Counted from the stretch's first letter, positions 17,004 to 26,527 are shown. The stretch: 64,000 nt of DNA from an uncultured virus (IMG/VR IMGVR_UViG_3300042560_002469) (IMGVR_UViG_3300042560_002469); one strand, 5' to 3'. A program made the numbers and translations. Notes: generated by a model not told the origin, from the letters alone.

Positions 17004-18944
17004 ATGGCGTTCTCCATCCTTGACTTTCTTGACCAGCTCGAGCCCAGCAACGAAAAGGGGAAATTCCTCTGCCCGGCGTGCGGCGGGAACGATTTTACGG
17101 TCAACAAGAATACTGGAGGCTATAACTGCTGGCACGACCCCTCTCCTGCCCACCGCGCCGACATCCGAGATGCTCTTGCGCCGCTGACACGATGGGAGAA
17201 GCCACCACGCAGTCCTGGCCGTTACGACTTTTCGTACCAGGACAGAGGGGGGTCTGAAATTGTCGTCGTTCATCGCGACGACACAAGCGGCAGCAAAAGG
17301 ATTTGGCAAGATTTTCCCACGATTGAAAAATCATCCAGCGGCCACAAGGCCCAGCTCCAGGAAGTAAAGACAAAGATTCTGCCCTACAAATATCACGAGG
17401 CCATTGCCAAAAGCGAAGCCACTGGTCTGCCTATTTTTATTGTCGAAGGCGAGCTCACTTGCGAATCCATGTGGGCAATCGAACTGCCCTGTGTCACTTT
17501 CCTGGGTGGCTCCAAGCAGTATCGCACTAATGGTGACTATTCAAGCCTGTTCAAAGGGCGCCAGCTTGTTCTGTGTCCGGACAGGGACGAGCAGGGCGTG
17601 GCCTTTATGGCAGAAGTGGCCAATGATAATCCTGGGGCACAGTGGCTTTATGCCGATCCTCGCTCCTGGGAATGGGACAATTTGCCATCAGGCAATGGCT
17701 ATGACATTGGAGACTATATCGAAGAAGGCGCCACGAAAGACGACTTGCTTTCTTCCATTGTCTCAAAAAGCCGCCATAAAAATACTGACGGCAAGCCTTC
17801 TTATGAAGAAATTATTTCCACCATTGAAGGGTTTGTGGGCCTCTATGCCAATGACGCTCGCATTAACTACGAGACCAACTACTGGCTAGAGCAACGTGGC
17901 GTCAAAATGACGCAGCAAAACGTAGAAAAGATCATCGACGAAGCCAGAACGCGAGTGCATGGAAAAGAAGAAATCGAAAGCATAGATGCCCTTACCATCG
18001 CCAGTTCGGACAAGGCTCGTGACTGGCTGATTGCTGGCATTGTTCCCCTGGGCAGTGTGACGCTGCTTGCAGCCGCAGGCGGCACGGGCAAAACGACATT
18101 GCTTTACAACTGGGCCTTGCACGTCGGACTTGGCACGCCATGGAGCGGCAGGAGATGCATGAAAGGAAGATGCCTGCTGATCAGTGCCGATGAGCCTTTG
18201 ACTGATACGGCCGAGAAACTTTCAGTGATTGGCTACCAAGATGCCGGACTAGAGCCGGGTGACATCAGCTTCTGGGAAACCTGGCGCTTTGCCCACATGA
18301 AGCAGCTTGAAGACTACATCAGAAAAGAACGTCCTTCGCTGGTGATGATCGACAGTCTCACGGCTTGCCTTGCGGGCATGAACGTAGATCTTGCGAAGAG
18401 CTCTGCTGGTGATGCCATATATGGCTTGCGCGACATGGCCAATACCTACCGCTGCTCCATTGTCATCTTGCACCATTTGAACAAAAGCGGGGGCCTGCGA
18501 GATTCGACCAGCTTTGTAGATAACGTCAGTGAAGTGGTCAAACTAACCCGCTCAGAAAGCTTCGACCCCAATGAATTCACTTTGGAATGGCTCAAGAGCC
18601 GTAGTGGCCTGACGGGCAAGCACGTCCTAAAACGAGACAGCCTCAACTATGGGTGGCATTATGCCGGACCTCTTGGAGGCTCTCTCGAGGAGCTGAATCA
18701 AGTGGTGAATGTGGTCAACATGCGCAAAACGGAGCGGTTCAACAAGCATCAAGTGGCAAGTTTGTGCGGAAGCTTCGACACTTCTTCGACTGGCAAGATG
18801 CTTGAAGTCGCACGCAGGCAGGGCTTGATCACCAGTAGTTTTGTCAATGGTCCCAATGGTGAAAAGACCAGGGCATATCATTCCTGGGACTACCAAGAAC
18901 CAGACTTTTCCGTTGAAGATGCCGAAGAGGAAGATTTTTTCTAG
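17004..18944 (+). CDS. Primase-helicase (Zn finger, TOPRIM, AAA_25/RepA-like helicase)
   Basis: CPAC; 'IVEGE'; 'PDRDEQG'; Walker A 'AGGTGKT'; Walker B 'MIDS'; 'LHHLNK'. Confidence 0.88.
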   Translation: MAFSILDFLDQLEPSNEKGKFLCPACGGNDFTVNKNTGGYNCWHDPSPAHRADIRDALAPLTRWEKPPRSPGRYDFSYQDRGGSEIVVVHRDDTSGSKRIWQDFPTIEKSSSGHKAQLQEVKTKILPYKYHEAIAKSEATGLPIFIVEGELTCESMWAIELPCVTFLGGSKQYRTNGDYSSLFKGRQLVLCPDRDEQGVAFMAEVANDNPGAQWLYADPRSWEWDNLPSGNGYDIGDYIEEGATKDDLLSSIVSKSRHKNTDGKPSYEEIISTIEGFVGLYANDARINYETNYWLEQRGVKMTQQNVEKIIDEARTRVHGKEEIESIDALTIASSDKARDWLIAGIVPLGSVTLLAAAGGTGKTTLLYNWALHVGLGTPWSGRRCMKGRCLLISADEPLTDTAEKLSVIGYQDAGLEPGDISFWETWRFAHMKQLEDYIRKERPSLVMIDSLTACLAGMNVDLAKSSAGDAIYGLRDMANTYRCSIVILHHLNKSGGLRDSTSFVDNVSEVVKLTRSESFDPNEFTLEWLKSRSGLTGKHVLKRDSLNYGWHYAGPLGGSLEELNQVVNVVNMRKTERFNKHQVASLCGSFDTSSTGKMLEVARRQGLITSSFVNGPNGEKTRAYHSWDYQEPDFSVEDAEEEDFF

Positions 18945-19112
18945 ACTGTCTTCATCGAAGGAGCAACCATGATCATCTGGGACAAGCAAGCTTCTAATGA
19001 AGAAAAAGCTCAGGCAATCGAAGAGGCGCTCGTAGAAGCCGAAACCGAAAAGAAAGAAGAAGAAAGCTCGTTTCTGCGCGACGAATTTGGCCTTGGTCAA
19101 TAGCCTGACATC

Positions 19113-19307
19113 GTGCCTGATTTTCCTTTTCTTGTTGCTTCATGCAGCGGAGGCTGGTGTATTGGTTTTCAAAAAGAAGACGGCTCGTTTGAGCCGTTGT
19201 CTTATGCTTGGCCTTCTGAGGAAGAAGCAAAAGCTTTCTTTGCGATTGCACGGCCGGAGTTAGGCTTCATCCCCAGCGAGCTTCCAGCCAAAAAGAAAAG
19301 GGGCTAA
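19113..19307 (+). CDS. Hypothetical protein
   Basis: 64-aa ORF ending in the terminator. Confidence 0.45.
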   Translation: MPDFPFLVASCSGGWCIGFQKEDGSFEPLSYAWPSEEEAKAFFAIARPELGFIPSELPAKKKRG

Positions 19308-19321
19308 CGCCCCTTTTTTTC
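19296..19321. terminator. Bidirectional intrinsic terminator
   Basis: AAAAGGGGC-TAAC-GCCCCTTTTTT between convergent blocks. Confidence 0.75.
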
Positions 19322-19458
19322 ATGCTGCCAACGAAGACGCTCTAGTTCTCGCTGTTCAGTTTTGTCTTTTCCATAGAGCCATGCTCCTGTTGATTGTCCT
19401 GGTTTTGGACCATTTCGTGGCAGGCGAATGATTCGTGGCTCTTCTGAAGGGCTGCCTG

Positions 19459-19665
19459 TCATTGTTTCTCCAGCTCGGCGGCGATGGCGAGAATCTCATT
19501 GGCATCGCATTCCCACACGTCATGACCGTGATGTTGTTGTGTGTAAGCAACAGCAGCTCGCAGGGCGGCAGCGGCAGCTATTTGGGCATGGCTTCTGGGC
19601 GCGTAATCCAGCTCCTTCCATGTGGCGTCCAGCACTGCCTGCGCGGCGGGGAAAAGATTAGTCAT
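19459..19665 (-). CDS. Hypothetical protein, modular family C
   Basis: 'PAAQAVLDA...AAAALRAA...ILAIAAELE'. Confidence 0.7.
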   Translation of the reverse strand: MTNLFPAAQAVLDATWKELDYAPRSHAQIAAAAALRAAVAYTQQHHGHDVWECDANEILAIAAELEKQ

Positions 19666-19877
19666 CCGTCCAGCTCCTTAACAAGTTTTTTAAGTGCCTT
19701 GAATTCTCCCCACGAGAGCCTGATGGTTTGTTCTCCGCTGTTGCTCAAGTGAACATCAAAACCTTCACCGTTATGCCATAGAAACACTTCGATGAAATCG
19801 CCAGGTTTAGCAAGAGCATCGAACTCTCGCATATCTGCAAATGCAGCGTCAAGTTTGTAACGGATAATGTTAGTCAT
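19662..19877 (-). CDS. Hypothetical protein
   Basis: ATGA-coupled at both ends; 'DFIEVFLWHNGEGFDV'. Confidence 0.65.
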   Translation of the reverse strand: MTNIIRYKLDAAFADMREFDALAKPGDFIEVFLWHNGEGFDVHLSNSGEQTIRLSWGEFKALKKLVKELDG

Positions 19878-20176
19878 TGAGCAGTTTCCAATTCGGCGGC
19901 GATGGCGAGGAGTTCGGCGCGAGTTTGCTGTCGTTGTTCCCACTTGGAATCGGCCATCAACTGATAACTCTGAGGCCACGGTTCACTTTCTCCGCATGGT
20001 GGTTCGGCCTGTTCAGGCACCACCTGATCCGCAGCAGCTCGCAGGGCACCGGCAATAGATGGCCCATCCATAAGAGTTGGTACAGCACGAAATCCATCAA
20101 GCACCGCCTGCGCGGCGGGGGAAATCCCGTGGAAATCGACGGGATTGCCTTGCACAACGGGGGAAAGGTCAGTCAT
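19874..20176 (-). CDS. Hypothetical protein, modular family C
   Basis: 'SPAAQAVLD...IAGALRAAADQVVP...LLAIAAELE'. Confidence 0.7.
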   Translation of the reverse strand: MTDLSPVVQGNPVDFHGISPAAQAVLDGFRAVPTLMDGPSIAGALRAAADQVVPEQAEPPCGESEPWPQSYQLMADSKWEQRQQTRAELLAIAAELETAQ

Positions 20177-20183
20177 AGTCGGC

Positions 20184-20459
20184 CTACTGCTGCGGCACCG
20201 GCTCGATGGCGGGGCGGCCCCAGCGAGCAAGGACGGCGCGAGCAAAATCAGGCGCGTTGTGCAGCCCTAACAACCCGTTGTCTTCTGTGTACTGCTCTGC
20301 CAGTTCAAAAAGCTCATCGTCCGTCGGCCCCTGCGGCTCGGGCTGGGCCAGAGCGGCTCGGGCTTGTTGCACCAAGGGATCGTCGCTTGGCTCCGAGATA
20401 ACAAAAGTGTCTTCGTAGCTGGCCAGCAGCTCAGCGCAAAGCGCTCGGAAGTCAGTCAT
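20184..20459 (-). CDS. Hypothetical protein, modular family D
   Basis: 'MTDFRALCAEL...ARAALAQPEPQGPTDDEL...FARAVLARWG'. Confidence 0.75.
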   Translation of the reverse strand: MTDFRALCAELLASYEDTFVISEPSDDPLVQQARAALAQPEPQGPTDDELFELAEQYTEDNGLLGLHNAPDFARAVLARWGRPAIEPVPQQ

Positions 20460-20634
20460 CGAGCAACCCTCCATCTACGAGGGCATCGCACCATTCCTTG
20501 AACGGTGCTTCAATCTGAGCCATAGCTTTGTTGTCGATGGTTTCTGGATTGCGGATCATGCTGATTGCAAGGCCAAGAGCATCACCCAAGCGGTTCTCAA
20601 GGGTGTCGAGTGGCACGAACTTGTAGTCGGTCAT
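20452..20634 (-). CDS. Hypothetical protein
   Basis: Coupled 60-aa ORF. Confidence 0.6.
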   Translation of the reverse strand: MTDYKFVPLDTLENRLGDALGLAISMIRNPETIDNKAMAQIEAPFKEWCDALVDGGLLDD

Positions 20635-21383
20635 TGATTTGCTTGGTCGTAGAGGGTGTTGACGACGATGCCACGATCGCCGGGGTAGAGGTCTAAAGGT
20701 GCTTCGTTAAGCCACAAGGCCACCTCGCGGATCGCGGCGCGGGCTTCCGCTTCGTTCCCAGCGTTGTTCTCAAACTGCTCAAAGATTGCAGCGCCTACTC
20801 GCTCCACCAACAAACTATCTGGTTTGGCCGGATGGTTGCGTCGCGGCTCTGGCGCAAGCAGATCCCTGATCTGTTGCGCTTGCTCAGGCGTCAACTTCAG
20901 CGGTTCATTGATCTCGTAGACCTTTGAGGCTGGGCGCTTGGGCAACTCGGCGGCCGAACGGATCTGTTCTGGCGTGGCATTGCGGATCAAGTCCATACAC
21001 GCATGAAACCGGCGGTTGTTCTCTTCCTCGTTAATCGGCTCAGGTTGCTGCTGCGTGGACTCCAGCGCTTCGACCCGGCTTGCCAAGGCCAAAATGTTGG
21101 CGCTGGTTTCGACGATGTGTTTGTGAGCTGCAGCTTCCAGTGTTTCAACATTGGCGCGGAGTTCTTCATCGGACATCAGATTGGCAAAAAACTTCGATCT
21201 GTCTGGGGCCATTGATGCGCAGGTGTTAGCCAGTCGTAAGTGATCACAGCGAAATTGATACATGCACGCTTCCAGTATTTCAACCCTGGCACGAAGTTCA
21301 AGGAGGCAACAAGCGTCCTCGCTTTCAGGTGCAAACTTTTCTTGCACTTCCCACTGTTCGGGCGTTGCTTTGTAGTCAGTCAT
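20631..21383 (-). CDS. Hypothetical protein, modular family B (extended)
   Basis: Three 'VExLE' modules; shares 'AAAHKHI.ET' and 'SKVYEI..PLKLT' with 3576-4115. Confidence 0.75.
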   Translation of the reverse strand: MTDYKATPEQWEVQEKFAPESEDACCLLELRARVEILEACMYQFRCDHLRLANTCASMAPDRSKFFANLMSDEELRANVETLEAAAHKHIVETSANILALASRVEALESTQQQPEPINEEENNRRFHACMDLIRNATPEQIRSAAELPKRPASKVYEINEPLKLTPEQAQQIRDLLAPEPRRNHPAKPDSLLVERVGAAIFEQFENNAGNEAEARAAIREVALWLNEAPLDLYPGDRGIVVNTLYDQANQ

Positions 21384-21744
21384 TGGGCAGTGCCTTTAAT
21401 GCTTTGCGAATGGTGTCGTAAGTGGAATCATCTATTTGGCCTAAGTTGTAGGCATCAACAAGTTCCCACAACGCTTGCTCCTTTAGGCTTGGTGGCTTGG
21501 GACGCATTGCTTCTTTTAGCAATTCGCCCACTGGAGTAATCCTCAAATGCGGTTCATTCAGAGCATTGTGATCCAGCCACTTTGCGTCTTCTGCAAGTTG
21601 CTGGTCGGCGCCCCATTGAGCGGCGCGGGTGGCAATAGCAGTTTCAACGCCGGCGAGCTCGCCACTTACAGGACAGCCGTAGTAATCGCCAATCCACTGC
21701 TGCACCAGCTCCGGCGATGGGGTGATGGGGTGTTGGTTAGTCAT
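21376..21744 (-). CDS. Hypothetical protein, modular family A
   Basis: 'HPITPSPELVQQW...QWGADQ...RPKPPSLKEQAL...TIRKAL'. Confidence 0.75.
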   Translation of the reverse strand: MTNQHPITPSPELVQQWIGDYYGCPVSGELAGVETAIATRAAQWGADQQLAEDAKWLDHNALNEPHLRITPVGELLKEAMRPKPPSLKEQALWELVDAYNLGQIDDSTYDTIRKALKALPND

Positions 21745-22093
21745 TGATAGTCTCCAGTGCTTTACGAATAAGATCAAGTTCACGCATTTGGTCCGAGAAA
21801 AACTCACCGCTCTTCTCAAATCGTTTTACACTTTCCAAGGCCAGTTCCTTCAAACTCAGTGGCCTCGGGCGGCGATAGTTATAGAACTCGGTCACATCCT
21901 CTTCCTCCCATGCAGCGCACTGTTTGAGGTAGTTGCCACAAGCCAAAAGCTCTTGGTTAGCGCCCCATTGAGCGGCTTCGGTCGCTACATAGTCGAAGTA
22001 AGTCTTTGGATCGTCTTGATACTGGTCGGCTTGCTCCCACCACTGCTGCACCAGCTCCGGCGGTGGGGTGATTGGGTGTTGTTGGTTAGTCAT
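21737..22093 (-). CDS. Hypothetical protein, modular family A
   Basis: 'HPITPPPELVQQW...QWGANQEL...SLKELAL...IRKALE'. Confidence 0.75.
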   Translation of the reverse strand: MTNQQHPITPPPELVQQWWEQADQYQDDPKTYFDYVATEAAQWGANQELLACGNYLKQCAAWEEEDVTEFYNYRRPRPLSLKELALESVKRFEKSGEFFSDQMRELDLIRKALETIND

Positions 22094-22207
22094 GGTGTTA
22101 GTCAGATTCACTAAGGGCGTGTAAGTATGTACGTGAGACAAACCATAATGGTGCAAACAACAAGGGCTTCTGCCACTAGTCCTCCTGAATAGTGGGGTTT
22201 GGTGTGC

Positions 22208-22585
22208 TCATCGCTCGGCCTCTTGCTCAAGCAATGCGGGAGCTACGGTCCAGTCATGCGCTTCCCTCAACCATGCCGCCACCTCGACAATCGCGGCGCG
22301 AGCGTCATCTGGATAGCTGTGGGCGATTACACGCTGCACCCGCTCCACCAACGAACTCCTAATTTGGTTTGGATTAGGAGTTGGCTTGGTGTTGGCGGTT
22401 TGCGCTGCCAGGGCGCAATAGCTGATGCCTTCGTCGATGTTGCGGATATGCGGGCAGGTGGCATTGCGCTCCAGCACCTCGACCCTGGTGCGGAGTTCGA
22501 AAAGGCAGGATGAATACGCAGACTCAGTCTCCATCCAACTTTCAATCTGCGCCCACTGCTCAGGCGTTGCTTTGTGCTTAGTCAT
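22208..22585 (-). CDS. Hypothetical protein, modular family B
   Basis: 'KATPEQW...ELRTRVEVLE...QIRSSLVERV...ARAAIVEVAAW...LEQEA'. Confidence 0.75.
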   Translation of the reverse strand: MTKHKATPEQWAQIESWMETESAYSSCLFELRTRVEVLERNATCPHIRNIDEGISYCALAAQTANTKPTPNPNQIRSSLVERVQRVIAHSYPDDARAAIVEVAAWLREAHDWTVAPALLEQEAER

Positions 22586-22826
22586 TAGTATCACCAGCAA
22601 AAAAGGAAACAAGCTCGTTCAATTGATCTTGATCGCTGATGGTATTTTTCAGTGCAGTCGCAAAAGATTTTACGATAAACACAAAAGTAAATTCAGGAGC
22701 GAAAAGACCAGCAAAACCAATCAGCAAAAAGACTAGACGAGTCTTAATCGTCATGTCCTTTCCCAGAGCCTGCATTATCTCTTGAGCTGCAGACTCCTTT
22801 TTTTTAGACAAGAGTTTGTTGTGCAT
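22578..22826 (-). CDS. Hypothetical membrane protein (start may be 22754)
   Basis: Hydrophobic segment; first gene after promoter. Confidence 0.5.
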   Translation of the reverse strand: MHNKLLSKKKESAAQEIMQALGKDMTIKTRLVFLLIGFAGLFAPEFTFVFIVKSFATALKNTISDQDQLNELVSFFAGDTND

Positions 22827-22849
22827 GGTTTCGAGAGGGAACCAATGGC

Positions 22850-22904
22850 ATAGTACACCTGCCCCTATTCCAGTCAACCGTGTGCCAATTAAATAACTGT
22901 CACA
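22850..22904 (-). promoter_or_regulatory. sigma70-type promoter with upstream palindrome
   Basis: TTGACT-N16-TACTAT on minus strand; TGTGCCAATT-AAAT-AACTGTCACA at 22881-22904. Confidence 0.65.
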
Positions 22905-23087
22905 TTAGTGTATTGACAGGGGCTTTACAATCGTCCAGGAAGCCTCGAGCGCATCTACGCGCCTGGGGAAACATTGTCGTGCCCTGCCCTGCGGCGCTCC
23001 TTCTAGAAGGGGAACCATGGGAGAGGGAAAGGAGTTATCAGGATTCTCGATAAACGCTGTTTACTTGTATTCTCGATAACCTTCGCC

Positions 23088-23143
23088 AGAAACGCCGTTC
23101 GCGCAAGCGAGCCCCAAGGCGAGCCTGATCAGACGGCGTTTCT
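23088..23143. repeat. Structured motif, copy 1 (stem enclosing TCGC-GCAA-GCGA-GCCCCAAGGC-GAGC)
   Basis: 11-bp inverted repeat AGAAACGCCGT/ACGGCGTTTCT; near-identical core at 34524-34574. Confidence 0.7.
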
Positions 23144-23259
23144 TAACCATCCTCTCATACTCTTTTCTTCTCGAAAGGTTGTATTGTTGATGGGCCGCAT
23201 GAAAAGAGCGAGCCCCAAGCGAGCACACTGTCAAGCGGCCGTTGTTTCTTCTTTCCACG

Positions 23260-23493
23260 ATGCCCAAGGCGCCTCCAAAGCCCGATCGCCTCCCTTCCAT
23301 GGAGCACAACGGAGCTGCCATTGAGATTTATCAACACCATGGCTATTCCATTCCCGATCGAGGCCCTCTTCCCCCCTCTCGCATTCTCTATTCCGCTAGA
23401 GACTTGAACAATGAGCGACATTGGCGAGCAAGCTTGGGAGAAATCCAAAGCTTAATCGACCGCAACTTTGCTTCTTCTCCTAGTAATTACTAA
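23260..23493 (+). CDS. Hypothetical protein
   Basis: 77-aa ORF heading a + strand block. Confidence 0.55.
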   Translation: MPKAPPKPDRLPSMEHNGAAIEIYQHHGYSIPDRGPLPPSRILYSARDLNNERHWRASLGEIQSLIDRNFASSPSNY

Positions 23494-23495
23494 TT

Positions 23496-23810
23496 ATGGA
23501 AGACATGGAAATGCTCCTTAAGGAGCTTGCCAAAATCAAAGCTGATCAACAGGCTCTTTCTGATCTTGAAAGTGAATGCAAAGCGGACATCAGGCAGTTA
23601 CTTGCAGACAACGGGCTCGATGATTACAAGAGCGAAGATTACGGAACCATTCGTCTGCAAAAAAGAGCTCAGAAAGACTATGGAGAAGAGCTTCAGGCAA
23701 TGGAGGACGAGCTCAAGGTGAGAAAGAAACTGGCAGACGACCTTGGAGACTACGAGATTCTCGGTCACAAAGAAAGCATTGTTTATTGTCAACCAAAGGA
23801 GATGTTTTGA
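23496..23810 (+). CDS. Hypothetical coiled-coil protein
   Basis: 104 aa. Confidence 0.65.
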   Translation: MEDMEMLLKELAKIKADQQALSDLESECKADIRQLLADNGLDDYKSEDYGTIRLQKRAQKDYGEELQAMEDELKVRKKLADDLGDYEILGHKESIVYCQPKEMF

Positions 23811-23965
23811 TGACAATGAGCCGCGAAGAAATCAACGCCTTGATTGCACAGAAAATCCATGAGCATGAAATGCGAATTGGCATCATCAGTGGAATTCTTG
23901 GTGCCATATTTTTCGTGGCTCTTCTTTCTTCACTATTCTTTCTGTACTCCCTAGCCGTTGAATGA
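23810..23965 (+). CDS. Small membrane protein (51 aa)
   Basis: Translated by hand: MTMSREEINALIAQKIHEHEMRIGIISGILGAIFFV... Confidence 0.55.
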   Translation: MTMSREEINALIAQKIHEHEMRIGIISGILGAIFFVALLSSLFFLYSLAVE

Positions 23966-24155
23966 GCGCTCCGTTTCTCCCCCTCCCATTGCTCTCTCCT
24001 GAGGAGTGGCTAGAACTGAATGTTCTTCGCAAAGCCATTTCAGAAAGCCCTTCAACAGTCACGCCAGAAAAGCAAGAGCGTTTCTCTGCATTGTTCGCCA
24101 GAAGCCTTATTGGCAAAGGCAACCAGCCCCTTTAATCCCCTCCCATTGTCTCGTC

Positions 24156-24884
24156 ATGCCACAACCAGACATTTCTTTTGCTTCGGAAGAAGAGAAGCTC
24201 CAATACGCCACGAAAGTGCTTGTCGAGGCAGGCTTCTCTCCAGAGCAAATTGACCGCATTCGCAACAAAGTCGGTTCTGGTCCTGGCAAGATCCCTTACG
24301 ACAAAGACCTGACGGGACAAAGGCGCTTCATGGTGCAAGAGCTTTTGGCAGCACGGATGAGCAATAAGCAAATTGCAGACGTGCTCAAGCTTTCAAAAGA
24401 GACTGTCAGTAGCGACCGCATTCACAACCGTCAAATCTGGACCAACGAAATCCTTAAAAGTCAGGATGCTTGGAGGGCAAGGCTGGTTCAAGAGCAGCAC
24501 GATTTGAAAGAGAAAGCCCTCGAAGCCTTTGAAGCAAGTAAGCGCAAAAGGGTGACGACCATCAAAGAAGGCACTGACGAGGCCATCGTGCGCATTGAAG
24601 AAAGCGCTGGCGAGAGTGGCTTCTTGGGCATTGCCAGAAGCTGTCTTGAGCAGCAGGCCAAGCTCATTGGGCTGTTCGACGTGAAGCCTCAGTTGGAAGA
24701 CGGGAAGAGCGGCTACAAGAATTTCCTTGACACGCTGAGCAAAGAAGTGAAGAAGATAAAAGAAGCAGAATCCAACTCCAGCACGAGGGCAGGGGCTATT
24801 GATGCAGAAGCTAGTGAGCCTGAGTTTGATGATGATGGAGAACCAACTGGTAGCAGCAGGCCCCTCCTTCCGGCCGATGGTTAG
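24156..24884 (+). CDS. Putative terminase small subunit (HTH, coiled coil)
   Basis: HTH 'MSNKQIADVLKLSKETVSSD'; 'LEQQAKLIGL' motif; acidic tail. Confidence 0.55.
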   Translation: MPQPDISFASEEEKLQYATKVLVEAGFSPEQIDRIRNKVGSGPGKIPYDKDLTGQRRFMVQELLAARMSNKQIADVLKLSKETVSSDRIHNRQIWTNEILKSQDAWRARLVQEQHDLKEKALEAFEASKRKRVTTIKEGTDEAIVRIEESAGESGFLGIARSCLEQQAKLIGLFDVKPQLEDGKSGYKNFLDTLSKEVKKIKEAESNSSTRAGAIDAEASEPEFDDDGEPTGSSRPLLPADG

Positions 24885-24953
24885 AAAGGCTTAAGCTTGT
24901 CTTGCTTGACAATGGCCGCATGCCCCGGCAAGCTTTGTTTGTTGCCTTTCTCC

Positions 24954-25442
24954 ATGGACTCCTTCTCCTTTGATTCCGTTAGCCATTTCCTGCAGCAGGT
25001 GGAAGGCGCCAAAAGTCGCAAGCGTCAAGCAGTTGAAGAGGGACTGGAGCCGCTTCTGACAGATCCGGCCACCTTTGCAATGTCTCCAGAAATTGCCACG
25101 CTTGTAGACAAAGAAGTGGAGCGATACGGCGATGAGGCCTTAAAGCAGATTTGCATTGTCGCCCTTGGTAAATGGCTTGACTATCACCAAGGCATTCTTC
25201 AAGAGCACATTGACAATGATGCCATGGCTGAATCGTTGATGACCTTGCGAGACATCAGCACCTTGAACATTGCTCTTCGCTTACTGGAGGAAGTGGGGAG
25301 CTTCGGTGGAGACGAAGACTACCGCAGCGCTATGCGCAAACAAATCAACCAGGCAGTGCTTGAAAAGCTAGAAGAAACCGGACGCGATCCTGAGGAGGTA
25401 TTCAATGGCGACGACGAGGAAAGCTACCACGATCTCCTGTGA
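24954..25442 (+). CDS. Hypothetical protein
   Basis: Acidic helical ORF. Confidence 0.65.
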   Translation: MDSFSFDSVSHFLQQVEGAKSRKRQAVEEGLEPLLTDPATFAMSPEIATLVDKEVERYGDEALKQICIVALGKWLDYHQGILQEHIDNDAMAESLMTLRDISTLNIALRLLEEVGSFGGDEDYRSAMRKQINQAVLEKLEETGRDPEEVFNGDDEESYHDLL

Positions 25443-25792
25443 CCATTGTGGACAACTCTTCCTTTGATAAGCTGCCGCCAATGGTGAGCATCTGCATCCC
25501 TCCCATTCTGAAAGAAGAAGCCCAGAAGGTTGCCAAGGAGCAGCCTCCAGTGCATCCGGCATGGCAGAAGATAGGGCAGCGTGGCAGGCATTTCGTGCTG
25601 CAAACAGCCGATATATGTGACATTGAGGAGCTGGCCGACTGGGCGAAGAGCTGGTTGGAAGAGCCTTGCGAGCCCCTGAACAAAGTGAAGAGGCAGGCAT
25701 TCCAAAACGTTATTACCAGGGCAGGGAAGCACGTGGTACTGAAGCCCATTGGCAATTGCCATTTCTTGGCCGTTGGCTGGAGAAAGCGCTAA
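25439..25792 (+). CDS. Hypothetical protein
   Basis: GTGA coupling. Confidence 0.6.
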   Translation: MTIVDNSSFDKLPPMVSICIPPILKEEAQKVAKEQPPVHPAWQKIGQRGRHFVLQTADICDIEELADWAKSWLEEPCEPLNKVKRQAFQNVITRAGKHVVLKPIGNCHFLAVGWRKR

Positions 25793-25876
25793 AACTATAA
25801 GCAGCGCTAATGGCAGTGCCCCTTGACGCCCCTCCCATTGCCCCTGCACAATTAAGGAGTTCTTCGCAAGCCGATC

Positions 25877-26203
25877 ATGGCTGCAACGATTTCTCACGAT
25901 TCCCTCGGCACCTCTGCTTTCACTGAAAAGAATGAGCTGGTGATGAACGGTGGCCAGCCTTGCGTGTTCTGGAGCTTCCGCACAAGAGACCTTGAGAACT
26001 GGCTGACCACGCTGGAAGAAGTCATCACGATGGAAGCCAACACTTCCCATCGCCACTTCTTGGAGCAGATTTATTTTTCCCTGAAGGCTGCATATACTAA
26101 GCACCAAAAGCAGCATGAGGAAATCGTAACTGAAGCCCCCTCAGAAGAGGACCTCATGGAATATTTGGCGGCTTATGCTGCATCAGTGGTCGCTGGTCTC
26201 TAA
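25877..26203 (+). CDS. Hypothetical protein
   Basis: Preceded by TTGACG...CACAAT promoter-like elements. Confidence 0.6.
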   Translation: MAATISHDSLGTSAFTEKNELVMNGGQPCVFWSFRTRDLENWLTTLEEVITMEANTSHRHFLEQIYFSLKAAYTKHQKQHEEIVTEAPSEEDLMEYLAAYAASVVAGL

Positions 26204-26288
26204 TGAATTTGCACACTATTTTTGTTCTGGCAGGCGTGTACTGGGGGGTATGCGCCTTGATCATTTTTATCTTCGCAACAATCCTGCC

Positions 26289-26477
26289 GTGACAGACAGT
26301 CATTCTTCGTCTGCCATTCAACCAGCGCTGTTCAGGGTGTGGGGCGGCACTGCTTTCGTTGAAATCATGGCCGTCTCCAGCGAGCAGGCACTGGCTTCAG
26401 CCGCAGAGTTGTTTCCAGACAAGCCCATTAGGGCATCGCTAGTTCCTGAATGGGACGACGACCGGCTGCTGTACTAA
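26289..26477 (+). CDS. Hypothetical protein
   Basis: GTG start; followed by terminator AAAGAGGC-TTCG-GCCTCTTTTTT. Confidence 0.5.
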   Translation: MTDSHSSSAIQPALFRVWGGTAFVEIMAVSSEQALASAAELFPDKPIRASLVPEWDDDRLLY

Positions 26478-26527
26478 AGAGGCTTCGGCCTCTTTTTTTT
26501 TATGGGAACCAATTGGTTGTCTATAGA

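Noticed and set aside
18935..18944. T TTT TTC slippery site before the primase-helicase stop
   Set aside because: The -1 frame is short and not protein-like, no stem follows, and 'EEDFF' is a plausible natural acidic terminus
22766..22805. A AAA AAG plus stem near the start of 22578-22826
   Set aside because: Stem abuts the heptamer with no spacer, and the gene start is uncertain
23088..23143. Hammerhead ribozyme on the minus strand (CTGATCAG...GAA)
   Set aside because: Core deviates from CUGANGA/GAAA, stem III and cleavage triplet are missing, and copy 2 lacks the core
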